Part shown: positions 62,609 through 64,000 of the stretch, piece after piece
Position numbering within the stretch: the first letter of the stretch is position 1
How the letters are laid out: every line of letters begins with the position of its first letter
Virus record (IMG/VR): IMGVR_UViG_2904541872_000002
Span: 1,693 to 65,692 of that record
Strand: one strand, 5' to 3'
Origin: a virus
Taxonomy: Duplodnaviria; Caudoviricetes
DNA length: 64,000 nucleotides
Program-made: the position numbers and the translations under genes
The notes under the pieces: generated by a model
Seen by the model: the letters and a program-made list of their open reading frames with translations, nothing else
The model's database searches: none
Told to the model about the DNA's origin: nothing

Positions 62609-64000
62609 TTAGGCCACTTTCAAACGCTCGATGATTTTTTCTTTAGAAAAAATCGCGAGGACCGCATCGAGCGATGGCGTCTGTGGCGTCCCCATCACGA
62701 GAACACGCACCGGCATCGCCAGAGCAGGCATCTTGAGCGAATGCGCAGCCAAGGTTTCCTTGATGGCCGCGGCGATCGTCGCCTTGTCCCACGTCGGAAG
62801 GGTGGAGAGTTTATCCGCAAGTGTGGCCACCGCAGGCTTCACCGCATCGGTGATGTGTTGCGCGCGGTCCGCTTCGCTCGCGTGGACGTCGGCATAGAAA
62901 GCCGCGGCCCAGTCGGCCAGCGCGACGGTGGTCTCGCAGCGGTCCTTGAACAGCGCGCAGATGGCGACGAGCCGATCGTCGGCCTCGATGCCGCGCTTCT
63001 TGAGCTGCGCGGCCACGAGCGGCGCGAGCGCGTCGTCGCTCTTGGCCTTGATGTACTGCGCGTTGACCCATGCGAGCTTGGCCGCGTCCCATTGCGCCGG
63101 GCTCTTCGACAGGTGCGAGCCGTCGAACCAGCTCACCATCTGTTCGCGCGTGAACAGCTCGTCGTCGCCGTGGCTCCAGCCGAGGCGCGCGAGGTAGTTG
63201 AGCATCGCCTCGGGCAGGTAGCCGTTGTCCTCGTAAGCGGTCACGCTCACGGCGCCGCGGCGCTTCGAGAGCTTCTGGCCGTCGTCGCCGAGGATCACGG
63301 GCACGTGGCCGAACTGCGGCAGCGGTGCGCCGAGCGCGTGGAAGATGTTGATCTGCCACGGCGTGTTGTTGATGTGCTCGTCGCCGCGGAACACGTGCGT
63401 GATGTTCATGTCCCAGTCGTCGACCACCACGGCGAAGTTGTAGGTGGGCACACCGTCGGGCCGGAGGATGATCAGGTCGTCGATCTCGCGGTTGTTGATG
63501 GTGATCTCGCCCTTGACGAGGTCGTTCCAGGTCACGTCGCCTTCGGGCGGATTGCAGAAGCGCACCACCGGCGGCACGCCCTCGGGCACGGGCGGCAGCA
63601 CCTTGCCGGGCTCGGGGCGCCAGCGGCGGTCGTACAGGGTCTTCTCGCCGCGCGCCTTCTGCGCCTCGCGCATCTCGTCGAGCTCGGCGGGCGTGGCGTA
63701 GCAGTGGTAGGCCGTGCCGGCTTCGAGCATCTGCGCGATCACGGCGCGGTAGCGCTCGAGGCGCTGCATCTGGTAGATCGGGCCCTCGTCGTAGTCGAGG
63801 CCGAGCCAGTGCATCGACGCGAGGATCTGGTCGGTCGAATCCTGCGTGGAGCGCGCGACGTCGGTGTCCTCGATGCGCAGCACGAACTCGCCGCCATGGT
63901 GGCGCGCATAGGCCCACGAATAGAGCGCGGTGCGCGCGGTGCCCAGGTGCAGGAAGCCGGTGGGAGACGGAGCGATGCGGGTGCGGACTTTGCCGGTCAT
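62609..64000 (-). CDS. gltX: Glutamate--tRNA ligase
   Basis: [13 protein letters not shown] (HIGH-like), RIEDTD, KLSKR; followed by a tRNA cluster. Confidence 0.98.
   Translation of the reverse strand: MTGKVRTRIAPSPTGFLHLGTARTALYSWAYARHHGGEFVLRIEDTDVARSTQDSTDQILASMHWLGLDYDEGPIYQMQRLERYRAVIAQMLEAGTAYHCYATPAELDEMREAQKARGEKTLYDRRWRPEPGKVLPPVPEGVPPVVRFCNPPEGDVTWNDLVKGEITINNREIDDLIILRPDGVPTYNFAVVVDDWDMNITHVFRGDEHINNTPWQINIFHALGAPLPQFGHVPVILGDDGQKLSKRRGAVSVTAYEDNGYLPEAMLNYLARLGWSHGDDELFTREQMVSWFDGSHLSKSPAQWDAAKLAWVNAQYIKAKSDDALAPLVAAQLKKRGIEADDRLVAICALFKDRCETTVALADWAAAFYADVHASEADRAQHITDAVKPAVATLADKLSTLPTWDKATIAAAIKETLAAHSLKMPALAMPVRVLVMGTPQTPSLDAVLAIFSKEKIIERLKVA

Overview
High-GC betaproteobacterial chromosome segment (Comamonadaceae-like, inferred from GltX and codon usage, not verified). 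Positions 62184-64000 are host DNA: gltX followed by tRNA-Ala(GGC), tRNA-Glu(TTC) and tRNA-Asp(GTC), all on the minus strand. Everything left of the tRNA-Asp 3' end looks like one temperate prophage of at least 62 kb whose far junction lies outside the window. It has a tyrosine integrase and Xis, a lambdoid CI/Cro switch with six 14-bp operators, an early operon (m6A methylase, ERF plus YqaJ recombination pair, KTSC, DUF2303, LAGLIDADG) and a replication/nin-like region with a TGT-like + QueF-like + PP-loop module. The podovirus-type late region carries TerS, TerL, a P22-like portal, scaffold, an N4-gp56-type capsid, tail and ejection proteins, a 3057-aa polyvalent protein, holin, SAR endolysin, receptor-binding protein and Rz/Rz1. 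The most notable unexplained signals are: eight copies of a palindromic late-promoter element, four of which predict leaderless mRNAs; a moron membrane protein whose C-terminus copies the WWxxGAK motif at the N-terminus of the giant ejection protein; three cargo genes bounded by related 26-bp GGCC-centred sites; a structured ncRNA with its own promoter and terminator; a pseudoknot/terminator leader ahead of a Tad2 (DUF2829) fusion; a degenerate initiator tRNA; and a LAGLIDADG domain sitting inside the first and last codons of a DUF5131 gene. All family assignments are from motif recognition by eye; no searches were run.
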